Below are positions 12,536 through 25,229 of a stretch of DNA of 64,000 bases, in pieces. The notes below the pieces were generated by a model. It was not told the DNA's origin. It did no database searches and saw nothing but the letters and a program-made list of their open reading frames with translations. Positions within the stretch are counted from its first letter, which is position 1, and each line of letters starts with the position of its first letter. Origin of the DNA: Podarcis tiliguerta (Eukaryota); the NCBI GenBank assembly GCA_965153285.1, contig OZ229110.1, one strand, 5' to 3'. The position numbers and the translations under genes were made by a program.

Positions 12536-13134
12536 CTCGATTCTTCATCCAGGCACACAAAGGGCATTATCAGAATTCAAGGAGACATTCAAGACAGGCA
12601 GAAGGTGAGGATGTGAAGTGGAGACATTGAGGGCCTGGATCTGGAAGGCTTTCCCAATAAGCCTTGATGTATAAGGCATCCGTGTAGTTACTCAGGACTA
12701 AAGCAAAGGCACTCTGCACCAGCTGCAATCCATTCTAGGTCTAAGCCCTGGCATGGACAATCAATACCAGAGGTGAGCCCTGGCACAGATTTAGTCCAGA
12801 GTCAAGCATAGCATCTGTCAAAATGAGCAATGTCTGAGATTCCTCTCTCAAGGGCACCGCATTAAGACAAATTGATGCCCAAAGACAAAATTGCTAGCAA
12901 AATCCCCCTTGCACGCAGACAGAATGCACTTTATGGCAAAACTCTGCATGGACCAAAATAGCTGCTGACCACGTTCAACAAGAGTCATCGGGGACAGTCT
13001 GTGCAGTCTGATTTTTTTTTCCTCCCTGGGTCAGGAGAAGTGAGAAGGTTATGGCAGAAGAACACCACCTAAGGAGAAGCAGTCTGTTGGAAATAGCTGC
13101 AGGCTCAGATGCTCCTGGTGTAAGGAATGTTTGA

Positions 13135-13291
13135 ATTATTATTTATTAAAGCGTTCTTATCCCTCCCTCCTGGTACAAAAGCACCAGTCAGGATGGCTTA
13201 CAACATTTGAATTTACAATTTTGTAAATACAGCAATATAAAGCAGTCAACCAATGAGGCAGAATAAGCAAGTAAAACTAAGCAATAAAATG
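13135..13291 (-). mobile_element. L2-type LINE 3' tail
   Basis: ATTATTATTTATT...CCCTCCCTCC...CAGGATGGCTTACAACA pattern typical of the reverse-complemented L2 terminus. Confidence 0.5.
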
Positions 13292-13651
13292 TAAATGATG
13301 GTATGGGCAATCAAAACAAATGTATGTAAGTGGAAAACATTAGCAGGCATTTAAGATCCTTCTTGCATTAAAGGGCAGAGGGAGAGGTGGACAACAGACA
13401 CAGAAGGCAATAAGATTTCTTTTAACTCCAGCTACATAAGTACTGTCAAAATGTCAGCTATGTGAAACCTGTGTGTGCAAATGAAGGCAGATCTAACCAG
13501 TTTAAGAAACAGTAACGTAGGGATGTGAATGAACTTTTATCTGATTAGGAACGGACTGGAAAATGTCAGGACAGGAGCAGTTGTGTATTTTCTCAAATAG
13601 GTGAAGTCTAAAGGCCAGAACGCACATTTTACTTGCCTCTGGCGGTGCTGC
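13292..13651 (-). repeat. Arm 2 of 360-bp inverted duplication
   Basis: Reverse complement of 8121-8480. Confidence 0.95.
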
Positions 13652-14274
13652 TCAAAATGGCAACCCCTTAAGCATCTCTCCTTCTGGTAACATTTTGATG
13701 TTCTCATCACATGAATCGGTGTCATGGTGTTGTGTGGCCAAGCATGCAAACCTCCCATGCAATGTTCGCAGCAGTTCAGGAGGCAAACCAAGTGGTGTTC
13801 TCAATCCATTGTGTTATGGCAGAAAGGGGAATCAGTTGCCATTTCTGGCAGCCTTCCCATTGCAAATCTAACGTGCTCTCTGACCCTTCTTCCACTTAAT
13901 GACTCAACTCAGTAGTCCTTCCAGACACAACAGCACCATCATCTTCATGAGAGTTCTTTTGCCACCCGCATAGTCTCCCCATTTCACATCAACAGAGGGG
14001 CAGCGCAGTGCATACTTCCCTTTGCAGGTAAGGATCTACCTCCCCCATTGGACCAAATGGATGATCTACAAGCAAGATGTGCACTGCAGCACCTGCAAGT
14101 TTCTTGAGCAGAGCGTGTGTCTTTCATCTTGGAAATGAATTGTTGTCATCGCCGTTTTTGATCCTCTACGATAAATCTGAATATACATTTCAGCAAAAGT
14201 ATAAGATGGGGCTGCACAATTTATAAATGCCCCAAGTCATGAGCAGCACCCATCTCTTATGATGTTGTGGTAGA

Positions 14275-14402
14275 TAAGTCTTCCCTCTCCAGATGTTGTT
14301 GGGATACAGCTCCAATCAGCCTCAGCCAATATGCCTTATGGTCAGAGAGGACGGCAGTTGTAGTCCAACAACAGCTGAAAGGCACCAGGTTGGGAAAGAC
14401 TG
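14275..14402. mobile_element. Degraded palindromic hAT MITE
   Basis: CTCCAGATGTTGTTGGGATACAGCTCC ... GTTGTAGTCCAACAACAGCTG ... AGGTTGGGAAAGACTG. Confidence 0.7.
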
Positions 14403-17400
14403 TCCAAAGCGTTTCGCAAACGGTCACTCTTGGTTTTAGTCTCCTGGTCTTCCCATCAAATAGCATTTAAGTAATGCTTTGCCTGTGAAAAGCCAGTGGG
14501 ATGCATGTGGTTTGCTAGAGCCCTTGTTCAGGCCTGATCTAATATGTGCCTTTCATTAACATTAGTGATGGACTTTCACATTCATTGTGTGTGTCAGAGA
14601 ATCAATACATGCTGCAGCATAACTATGGGCTTTTCAAGTTCTGTGGAGAGGAGGGATTTCACAAACGATTAACATAGTTAAACTCCTAATATGCATGAAC
14701 ATAAGATTAACCACCTCAAGAGCTTCAGCTGGAGAGGCAGGTTTTCTTTGTCTTTTGAGTTTGAGAATTAAACAAAACAAAAACGCAGAGACAGTGAGTG
14801 GGGTCAGTAGTGATACTTGTGGCAGGCAGAATGAGCCTTCTCCATGTGTTCTAAATGCAAGTTCAGTAGAGAAGCAAGCTGAGAGCATCAGGGATCAGCA
14901 CAGTGGCTTCAATCCCACAGTGCTCTCCTGGTCACCATCCACAAGTTGGAAGGTGACCATCTGAAGCCTTCTGGAAAATCGGGTTTCTAAAACACAGTAT
15001 GAGTACCAAAGGCTTCCTCACTACAGACATTTGCCCTCCAAGTCATGGAGGGTGACCAGGATGATGATGGGAGGTTGAGGTAGCATGCTTGTCCCCACTG
15101 CCACATCCACCACCACCACGTGTTAACCTACATTTAAAATGCCTGCAGGGGGCATTGGTCAATCTACAATTACCAAGTATTGAGGTTGGAAGTTTTGATA
15201 GCCAACCCTCAAATCCCATCAAAATCAGCAGGAAGATCCAACACTTTGCCTCCAATACTCTGGGGTGGGGGGAATGAGGCTGATGCAATTCACAGTCCAT
15301 GTGCATTGGAAAACTACTCTGCATTTCACATTTTGAAAACAAGTTTTAGTAATCAGATAAGCCATTTGAGTGTGCAACTCCAAATTCTGGTGGTACACCA
15401 TCTATGCTGCCTGCTGTTTGCTGTTGTGAAGTGGGGTACGCAGTGGTGACATCTGTCCAGGCCCCACTCAGCAAACTGAGCAGCATATGAGGAAGAAAAT
15501 AAAGAGACTTCACACTGCTTCAAACATGTGTCATCAGGTGAAGGCTTGCACTTGAGAATGATGAGCAACCACGGGTCAAAGATCACAGAGTGAATTTTCA
15601 TCACATCACCTCAAATGCAATGCCTTTCTATGGTGAAATGCACATATCCACTGGCAAGTCATAAATAAAATCCTGATGATACACAATGATGACAAGTCAC
15701 ATTATTATGCTTAATGTGTGAACCACCCCTCCATAAAAAGAATAACATGAGCTAAATTAAGTCTCTGTGCACAGTTTTGGATAGAAGTGTGTAGGAGAAG
15801 TGTGTGCTTTGGAACCAGTTTTAGATTTCCTTCTGTTGAGGTTGTATGTTTTGGGCAAACTGCTCATAATCCAAGCAGTTGATAGAGAACTCTGTAGGAG
15901 TTAATATCCCTTTATTAATCATAAGCCGTACCTCACTGAGCAGAGAAATTATCTGCAGTGTTTGTGAACAGATAAAGTTCAAACCATTAACATAAAGTCT
16001 AGTAGCAATTATATGAGCAAACAGAACAGGGATGTGTAAATAGAAGCCAAGAGCATATTAAAGCTCTGGAGGGGGAGGGGGAATGGGGCTGTTGTTGGGG
16101 CACTGTACGCTTCAGAGAGTGGGTGCTACAATTTAGATGGTGGCAAAAGTGCTAATGAGATGGGTGCTAAATTAGGACAGGTGCTAAATTAGAGTAAATG
16201 GACACTGGAAGTTTAGATAAAGGTAAAATGTCAAGCCTTTCCACACAATCAGGTGTGTGTGTTTTAGCACATTAACACAGCAGCCCATTAGTTACAGAGA
16301 TACTGTTGATATTGTCACATATGTAAGCACACTTCCCTATTGAACATAAGCTAACCTGTGACAGTCCCAATATACCCTGTACAGTCCAAGAGTGATTATC
16401 TTCCAAGACCTAACATGACTTCTGGATTGCTGCTTTGTTCAGCTACACACACACACACAATTTCTTTAGCAGTCATGTTCACAGTCACAACAATCATTCC
16501 AAACGCAAGACGTGTGAATGCTACAGCTAGTGCTTCATCTCTCTCATGGTGAGAGCCTCATCAGCTGATGATTTAAACTCTGGCATTTTTGTCCAACCTG
16601 ACTTACTTCTCATTTTCCTTCTTTCACAGTTTCAGGGGGGAAAGCAATCACTACACACCAGATCAGGAAACACCGACAGCTTGACTTTATTACAGGTTTC
16701 AGAATATTTGTTCACTGAATGATAGCTATCAGCCATAAAGGTTTCTGGCAAGAAATACAGACACAAATATATAGGAAGGTTTGCTTTAGAAGGTGAAAGA
16801 GAGAGAGGATGTTTCCCCCCTTCTTGTTCCAGCCAATCAGCCCACGGGTTCAAATGATCATGTGAAAATACTGCTTTCTAATGATTTCCAAATTATATGC
16901 TGAACTTATAGTTAAATGGTCTTGTCTGGACTGGTTGGGAGAACACATTGAGTCATGAATCTCGTATAAACATCCAGCCACAAAATACTTTGGATCCAGA
17001 GAGTTTTGGATTTATTCTAGCCATGTAGCAGAGGGGCTCTGGAGAAATCGTTGGGAGGAAGCAGCTCTTGCCTGAAGCAATTGCCTCACTTTGCCTAACG
17101 GTAGGACTGACCAGGATGATGCGTTGCAGTAATCTAAACTGGGGAACAGGGCCAGAGCTGAGAGAACCAAAATGGTTCTATACCTAATCTTGATACAGAG
17201 TCTCTAGCTAACCCTAAAATATCTGAGTGTCCAAAGGGGAAACCCCAAATATTCATTAACAGCTTGCAAGTCATAATGAAAGTCATTCCATCAAAACCAG
17301 ACATTAACTGAGTGAGGCATATCAAGCACAACAGCTTAAAATAGATACCATTACCTATCACTGAGCAGTATCCTCAACAGTGATCTGAAGTGAGATTCCT

Positions 17401-18837
17401 GTTTGTTCCACCTCCATAAACAAAGTAGACATATTTCAATATCCTAAAGCTCTGGGTTATTAAATATAACTGCAACCCAAAGGAGATTCGCACCACACAG
17501 TAGAATGGTAAAGTAGAACCAATGGGTGCAAAAGAGATTTGATGACAAGCTCATCTCTAAATTTCACAAGGAATTGTGTGTGTTTACCTATATATTACTT
17601 TCAGTAAATGTCAGCAAGCAGTGCTATCTGGCACTGACTTACTGTGCCTCTCCCTCTATTTTCCAGTGAAAAAGCACCATTCCATATCTAAATAAATGCA
17701 GCAGTTTAGATTCTAAAGTGAACTTAAAGTTTTTCTAAGTTATTTTAGGACTGAAGCCCAATTTTTGGTAATTCCCCCCTCTCCTAAAATCCACCCCCCC
17801 CCAGAAATTGTTTAAGAGGGCTCTCAGGAGAGACATTTTGTGGGGTCACAGAAAGCTTTGGGGGTTGGGAAACTTTCCTTCCATGAACTTCACTTATCTT
17901 AAGATCCAATACTTCAGTGGTTTCCAAGTCTTCAGTGATTTCTGGAAGTTATCAAGCTTATGAGGTTTTTACACTTACAACAACGAACTCTTTTACTAAA
18001 GCTGTACACACATTACCATTTTCTCTGCCCCCAAGATGCTCCCACAACTGGTGTTTTAAGACATGTGCCCATGGAATTAGGCCTAATCCATATCTATCTT
18101 GTAGTTTCTTGAGAAATACTACTGCTTGCCGCATTTCCCCTTACACCAGCTTCCATCCAATCTGAAAATAAGCTCCACATTTACCTCACAGTTAAGCTGA
18201 GGTGTATACATTTGAGACAGGCATTGCGCATGTACATATGAGAGTGTGCATGAAGACGTCAACCTCATGAATAGGAGTTGCAGGCCCAGGGGGAACCAAA
18301 CAGGTAGTGCACATTGTGTGAAGACATCCCTGCTCCTCTCCAGTGTGTACGGCAACATGCAAATGCAACTTGAAATGCAGAAGTGAAGAGTTTCCTTGGT
18401 GCATTTTAAGCTGCTAATGTGTTTGTAAACAGACAGACTGACAGGCAGGCAGACAGGTAGACATTGTTATATTGACTAAAGTGGAAGAATGCATATATAT
18501 ATATAATGGATTCAGTATGTGTTTACTCTTTCAACTAAGGATGCAGACAGATTTTATTTCCAGAATGGGAATTTGTCCATTATATGTTTCTCTTTCCAAA
18601 GCAGGCCTTGAAAACCTGGCATTTGCACAGTGCTTCAAAGAGCCTCATGAGAATGTTTGTTCTCTCCTTCCAGATGCTCTCTGAGGAATCTTACCAAATG
18701 GAGACTCATAGTTTCACTACTAACCAATTTCCCTATCTCTTTTGATTTGATTACCATCAAGCCTGTTGAAGAGTTTTCAAAAGCCTTCATGCTCTTCTGT
18801 GATATTTTGATTTGACTAATATGGATTCTTTCTCCTA

Positions 18838-19140
18838 GCAACAGTGGTGAGCTCCCATTGCTCTGTCCCAGCTTCTGTCAACCTAGCAGTTTGAAAGTAC
18901 ACCAGCGCAAGTAGATAAATAGGTACTGCTGTGGCGGCAAGGTAAACGCCATTTCTGTGCTCTCTGGCTTCTGTCTCGGTGTCCTGTTGTGCCAGAAGCG
19001 GTTTGGTCATGCTGGCCACATGACCTGGACAGCTGTCTGTGGACAAATGCCAGCTTCCTCATCCTGAAAAGCAGAAGGAGTGCCGCACTCCATAGTCTCC
19101 TTTGACTGGACTTAACCATCCAGGGGTCCTTTACCTTACC
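18838..19140 (+). mobile_element. Sauria SINE, older subfamily, 5'-truncated
   Basis: GTGAGCTCCC...CAACCTAGCAGTTTGAAAG...GTAGATAAATAGGTAC...GGGGTCCTTTACCTTACC. Confidence 0.9.
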
Positions 19141-20132
19141 TCCTGGGCCAACATGGCTATTTTTCCTCTCTCTTTTTTTGCAAAGCTTGGTACCTTGGCA
19201 GAATACATATATGTTCAAAATGGGAAATCTGGAAATTCTATCAAAAAGAACTGATCACTCCCTAGCTTTTAAAATACGCATTGGAACACAACAAAATTTC
19301 TCAGCAAGAAACCTATTCTGGCTGTCCATGATTGTTATCTAGTTCTGTGTGTTTCAGCCATTTCAACACAAACTGCCTGAAGATAAATAATGCTGGAATG
19401 TAACAAATATTTATTACCAAAGCACCCATAATGGTGAACCCATAATCCACACACCCTTTCTGTCAAACAAAATGTTCTGTGTTATTGTGAGCTACTGACA
19501 TTTAATGGAAAACACCCAACCTGGTTGTCTAGTTCATTTTAAAGTTCATGATGGATCATGTTAATGTTTGTCTGGTCTGCACTGTATCTTTTTTATTTTA
19601 TTTTCTTAAAAAAACATAGTTTTCCATACTATTTATGGTTGGAAAAGTGAGATAGGCATCCATGTCGTACTTATACTAATCCACCTTGTTTACTGATAGT
19701 GTACATAGTCAATTCTCTGACTTCCAACCCATACTCTGCTTTCTTAAGTAGAACGATGAAAGGGGTTGTGTAGCCTACAGCACACGTCATAGTCAAGCTG
19801 TTGTGTTACATCTCCAAAACAGTTCTAAAACTTCAGAGATTGTTACATGCCCATAAGCGGTGCTTGCCAAGCTAACATCATTATATACACAGAGTTGATA
19901 TGAAGATAACACGCTGACATCAGCCACTGGAGCAAAAATTGTTGCAACCTTGCAATATTGGTAATTAATGGCGGGAAATATCAGCACACTGACCATGGCA
20001 GAAGTCAGAACTGTTCCCCCATATACATAACTGTTTGTTAACGAGAATAACCTATATATTATTTTAGTAATTAATTGGATACCAAATTGGATTCAGAGCA
20101 AACGTATGTTAAGCACTGTTTGATTATGATGA

Positions 20133-20180
20133 GTGTGTGTTTGTTTGTTTGTTTGTTTGTTTGTTTGTGTATGTGTGTGT
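20133..20180. repeat. Compound (GT)n/(TTTG)n microsatellite
   Basis: Direct reading. Confidence 0.9.
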
Positions 20181-21436
20181 AGAAGAGGCTCATCTAGTCT
20201 AACATCCTGAAATGCAGGAATCACAACTAAAGAAGGAGATAAAGAATTGCACAACATTTAGAAGATATCTGAAGGCAGCCTTGTATTGGGAAGTTTTTAA
20301 TGTTTGACATTTTACTATGTTTTTATGTGTGTTGGAAGCTGCACAGATTGGTGGTGCTGGTGATGATGAAACCCTGGCAGGTGTCCCTATAACCTTCATT
20401 TTAATACCTCCAATGAAGGAGAGTTCATCATCACCTTCTGATTCCACACACACCAAAAATGAGACAGGCAGGCAGGAATATATTGGACAGGGGGGGGAGG
20501 GAGACAGCACCAAGAAGAAGAGACAGACCTCAGAAGTACAAATGCCTAAGCTATATGTATTCAGAAAAATGCCATCTGCAATGTCTTAAAGGCACACAGG
20601 AAGTCATCCTGCACAATTAATAGTCATGCAAGCCATATCAGCAGCCATTCAATTGTTAAAAACATGAAAGTCTGCCCTGCTACCCTGATTTGGCTACCCT
20701 AAATCTTTATTCTCATATTAAGCTCACATATAATGACCCTCTTCATCCTTTTCCCTTCTAACAGCACTGCCAAAGACTCTTCCCATTCATTGGGTGTGCT
20801 TAATAACTGGAAAACTCACGTTCCAGTTGTTGGCATATATAAAAACAGATGAGGCAGTGCTTGGTTCTTGGCTGTTGGCTCCACCACTTGGACTCTGTGT
20901 GAAACTTTCGGCTCCCTTTACCTAATTGAGCCACCTTGTCCTGCTAATGTGCTTTTCCCAGCTTTTCCTTTCTGTTTTAACTAATTGCCACACTTCAACA
21001 CTTCGGGGAATTGTCTCCCAAGGGAAATTCTCATTACGCACCAGCTTGCTTCTGCAAAAATCACACAAGGCTGGTATTTCCGTTTCCATTTCATTTTTTC
21101 AGATAATGTGTTAATTACCTGGAACAGTCCCCGAGGCAACTTCTCCAAAGCCACCTGCATCTTCCAAAGTAACAGCCGTCTTCTGTCTGTCAAGAAGGAA
21201 GAAACTTGCACTTCTTTCCACCTACAAACAGGCTGCAGGATAGGCAAAGCAGAGAAGAAAGACAATGCCCTTTGTAACTTGTTCAGATGCTGATCTTTGC
21301 CATTTGCAAGCAGTTTCCAGTTTCCAAGGTGCGGTGTCTAAGTTGTCATGATCTTCAATTCTTTTTCTCTAAAGCATAGTTGGTTGGTTGGTGGGTAGGT
21401 GGTTGTGTAAAACTAAAAGTGAAATGCAAGGCAATG

Positions 21437-21747
21437 TTAAGAACATAAGGAAAACATAAGGTCTGGATCAGACCAAAGGCCCACCTAGTCCAGTATTCTG
21501 TCCCAACACTGACCCAAATGATGCCTCTGTAAAGCCCTCAAGCAGGATATGAACACTATAGCACTCTTGGATGGGGGGAATATAAATAATAAAGTTGTTG
21601 TTGTTGTTGTTAATGCTTCCCAGCAACTGGTACTGCCTTTGGTCCTTGAGCTAGTTTGTATGCAGCCATTATGCCTAGTAGCTATTGATAGCCTTACCTT
21701 CCTTGAATTTGTTAAATCCCCTTTTAAAGCCATCCAAGTTGGTGGCC
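21437..21747 (-). mobile_element. CR1 LINE 3' fragment interrupted by a Bov-B derivative (continues briefly after 22185)
   Basis: TAAGAACATAAG...GGATCAGACCAAAGGCCCACCTAGTCCAG...TTTTAAAGCCATCCAAGTTGGTGGCC. Confidence 0.8.
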
Positions 21748-22184
21748 CACCTTCATGGATCACTGCCTTGCTGTGGTGAAGGGTCTTGAATAACTCAGAG
21801 AAGCTATGAGCTGTGCCGTGCAGGGCCACCCAAGATGGACAGGTCATAGTGGAGAGTTTTGACTAAACGTGATCCACCTGGAGCAGGAACCGGCAAGCCA
21901 CTCCAGTATCCCTGCCAAGAAAACTCCATGGACCAAAACAACAGGCATATAAAAGTTATGAGCATATAAAAGTTATGGCATATAAAAGTTATGGAAGATG
22001 AGCCCCTGAGGGCACAAGGTGAAGGGGACAACAGAGGACAAGATGGTTGGACAGTGTTCTCGAAGCTACCAACATGAGTTTGACCAAACTGTGGGAGGCA
22101 GTGGAAGACAGGAGTGCCTGGCGTGCTCTGGTCCATGGGGTCACAAAGAGTCGGACACGACTAAACAACTAAACAACAACAAAA
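21748..22184 (+). mobile_element. Internally deleted (bipartite) Bov-B: about 260 bp of 5' end joined to about 175 bp of 3' end
   Basis: Bov-B 5' sequence up to GAAGATGAGCCCCT (22007) fused to GAGGGCACAAGG...(CAA)n; TSD TTGGTGGCC at 21739-21747 and 22185-22193. Confidence 0.9.
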
Positions 22185-22209
22185 TTGGTGGCCACCACTG
22201 CACCTGGTA

Positions 22210-22358
22210 CAGTGGCGTAGCATGGGTTGCTGGCAACTGGGGAGAGCGTACCCTGGGTGTGGAAGGTGAATGGAGCCCACCACGCCAGTCCAGCCATCAC
22301 CGACAATGACGCCGGAGTGACAGAGTCTCAGGGGTCTGACAAGTCGCATACGTCACTG
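22210..22358. mobile_element. Probable hAT (Tip100-like) MITE
   Basis: Imperfect TIRs CAGTGGCGTAGC / GCATACGTCACTG; no clear TSD. Confidence 0.45.
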
Positions 22359-23130
22359 CCAATGCCACTTTTGACCGTGATGGCATGCCTTTACTTTGAT
22401 GCAAGCAAATGTAATTGGGCAGCAATTGTCACCTGACAACCAATGCTTATTTAATTTGTCTCTGACAGACAACATGGGCCCTATTTCACAGGAGAGAGCA
22501 ATAGTTTTAACAAAATTTGACCTTTCATTAGAGCAGTTGGATATCAATTTTGGTTGGAGCACAAGGTACAGAATCAAAAGAATCCATAATGGGGGTAGCA
22601 TTTCCTTGTGGGTCTATTGTTCCCTAGGGACAAAATCCCATCACTGTACGTCATGGGAGGTCTGGATGGCATGTTATTGGCTATCAAGAACAGAGTAAGA
22701 GGAAAGAATGAGCTATGCAATAAAATGCATCAACATCAGAAGAAAGATTATCAAGGTTCTTTTGCATGGCAGATTTACTGTCCATCTAAGTGAATAGCAT
22801 TTGTATTATACACAGCTGATTGTGCCGTTTTACACAGACTCTTTGTCTCATTAGATTTCCAGAGCTGTGGGGAATTTAAATATGCAAGAAAAAGACAGCA
22901 CCCTTTCCTTCTGCATGAAATATGCGGTCTCTAAAACTCCCGTCCTCTCTCCCCTAGTTATGATGGAAACCACTCCTCAAGCAGCTCCCTTAGGACCTAA
23001 CCTCGTGTGACATTAATGATGTGATTAGCAATCATGTCATGTTTTTTAAAAATGACATGATCTTGGGTGGGAGTTATTCTCAGGAATGTGCACAGGGGGA
23101 TTTAAAATCCCCTGCTTCTCCCCTGCCCAA

Positions 23131-23208
23131 GGTACTATTTCGGGGTTAGTGGAGTCTGTAACCTGAAGCATCTGTAACATGAAGGGTCTGTAGCCCGAGG
23201 TACCACTG
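23131..23208. mobile_element. Tigger/pogo-type MITE, right-end fragment
   Basis: GGAGTCTGTAACCTGAAGC...CCCGAGGTACCACTG followed by TA. Confidence 0.8.
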
Positions 23209-23329
23209 TACTAGGGTGGCCACATGTAAAAGAGGATAGGGCTATTAAACGTTCAGATGTCCTGCCTTCTTTTAATCTGCTAACAATCTCTTCACCAGTC
23301 TATTGAGATCCTAACCAATCTCTTGATGA

Positions 23330-23376
<47 letters not shown>
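23330..23376. repeat. (TTTC)n microsatellite
   Basis: Direct reading, about 11 units. Confidence 0.95.
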
Positions 23377-25229
23377 ATTTCCCCCAATGCATTGGATGGG
23401 TGAATTGCCCATGATTTGGCACATTGTGTCACCTTCTAATGTTTCATTACCAGGATGCAACGGATGTACACTATACCAGAACTCCAGGAGGGGGAAAGGT
23501 CTGAACTATTTCTATAACCTCGATGAAAAAAAAGCTCTACCAAAAGAAGATAGAGGAAATAAGTTAGACTGCTTGGTGGGAGAGATTGTCAACCTTTTGC
23601 AGCCTAAACCGAGGAAGCAGGATCAGGATTGAGAGGAGTAAAAAAATCACATCAATGTGAAAGACGAGATGCACCTCCTGGTGGTAAAAGGATGTAATAA
23701 TTCAACACAAGCAGACAGGCAGGTTTTCCTGGGGGGGCGGGGAATCAACATCAACATAAATGCACTCAGGGATATTTAATGGGAGAAACATACAGAGGAA
23801 GTTGCCCACTGCAAGGATTTGTGCAATCTCACTGGACACGCATATGGCTAAGTTCTTTATGGGACTGTCAGCTATCTCAGCTTCATCAGGACAATTCAAG
23901 AAATCTCTAGCATGCATATTTAAAGATGTTCTGGAAGCACATTATAGGGACTAGTTTAGAATGTGGTGGCCATGCACTCCGCAAAGGGTGGTCCTCTACT
24001 TGGTAGGATCTCAATATCGCCCATCAACAGCTACTACCTGAACAGCAGACTGAGCAGCCAGACAATTCAACTGGTCACAGCCTTCTCTATTATGGTGAGA
24101 TGTTCTGCATTTCTGTTTAAATTACAGTCCGTACTTCTTAATTTGCATCTATACATATATTAGCATATGCAAATACCATGTAAATTGGTGCAGTCTTTTG
24201 GGGTGGTGTGTTGTTTCCTCTTTTTCAGGTGATGCATAAATGGCCAGCCTACTTTAGAAATGGACAGTTTTCTAAATTACAGCAGCCCATGACCTGTTCA
24301 TACTGAAATTGCCTCCTACAGTAAGATTTGTTTGTTTCTCAGAAGCAGGTAGGATGCCCAGCTATTTCATTTCATTGCCCTGAGGTGAGAATCTCAATTT
24401 TACCTGTTTTTCATCCCCCAACCAGCACTGGCTAGCTAAAAGGATGCTGATCTCCTTCTCGAACATAATAGATTCCTATTGTTCGTTTGACAACCCCACT
24501 TTGAGAAACTGTTTTAAAACTGCACTTGCTAATGTAATGCAATATTGTATGGTGTGTGTTTTTTAATGTGACATACTTCACCAACAACAAAGTGCCTTTG
24601 CAGTCTCTGGGTGAAGTTACAGGAAGATTTGCTATTAGGCATGTTTGCTAATGGCTTTGGGTTTCCCATTACTAGGAAAGAGATCTAATTCATTTAACAC
24701 TGATGCTAGGAAATTCCAGCACCAAGCAGAATGCAATCAGTGTCTTTATAGTTCCCAGAAGTGGAGGTGGAATGAAACAACAAGCCTCCTGTTTGATTTT
24801 CTATTTCTGTCGTGTTTTTGTCATGTTTTTAATGTAGGAGTACCTTGTGGTATCTAACTAGTCTTCTTCAGAGTAGTGTAATGGGCTAGATGTTGGAGCC
24901 TCAGTAATGAAAAGTGCTACAGAAATTATACATAATCAAAACTGTTCCCATTTTCCACAGGCAGCTTACTTAAACAAAACAGCGAGTCCAGCCACTTAAG
25001 CGAAAACTATTGACAGAAAGCACACTTATCCAAAAATCTGATTTAGAGCGGTCTAGTACCCTTTCATGAACATTTTTCACAGGGGAAAATGCCTTTGCTA
25101 TTGAAAAACATGGAATGGAATGAAGACAAATCAAATAGCTGTCCATTTAAAAATTCAAAACAACCAGATTATGAAGTAACCTGGTTTTTGTCCTTCAGTG
25201 TTGTTCCAAATCAAATATTATCAATATAA

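Noticed and set aside
18695-18815. Minus-strand exon candidate ending TTG|GTAAGA
   Set aside because: The acceptor lacks a polypyrimidine tract and joining it to neighbouring candidates gives early stops.
18119-20513. SH3-like snippets EGDDELSF (about 20430) and DGSWCKGKCG (about 18150) on the minus strand
   Set aside because: No ALYDY before and no GLFPxNYV after; a stop follows directly and splice phases cannot be joined convincingly.
21945-21993. Short direct repeats as a CRISPR-like array
   Set aside because: No spacers, eukaryotic context, located inside a Bov-B derivative.
23671-23684. Second CTCF-like motif (CCACCAGGAGGTGC, minus)
   Set aside because: Two deviations from the core; such matches are expected by chance in 64 kb.
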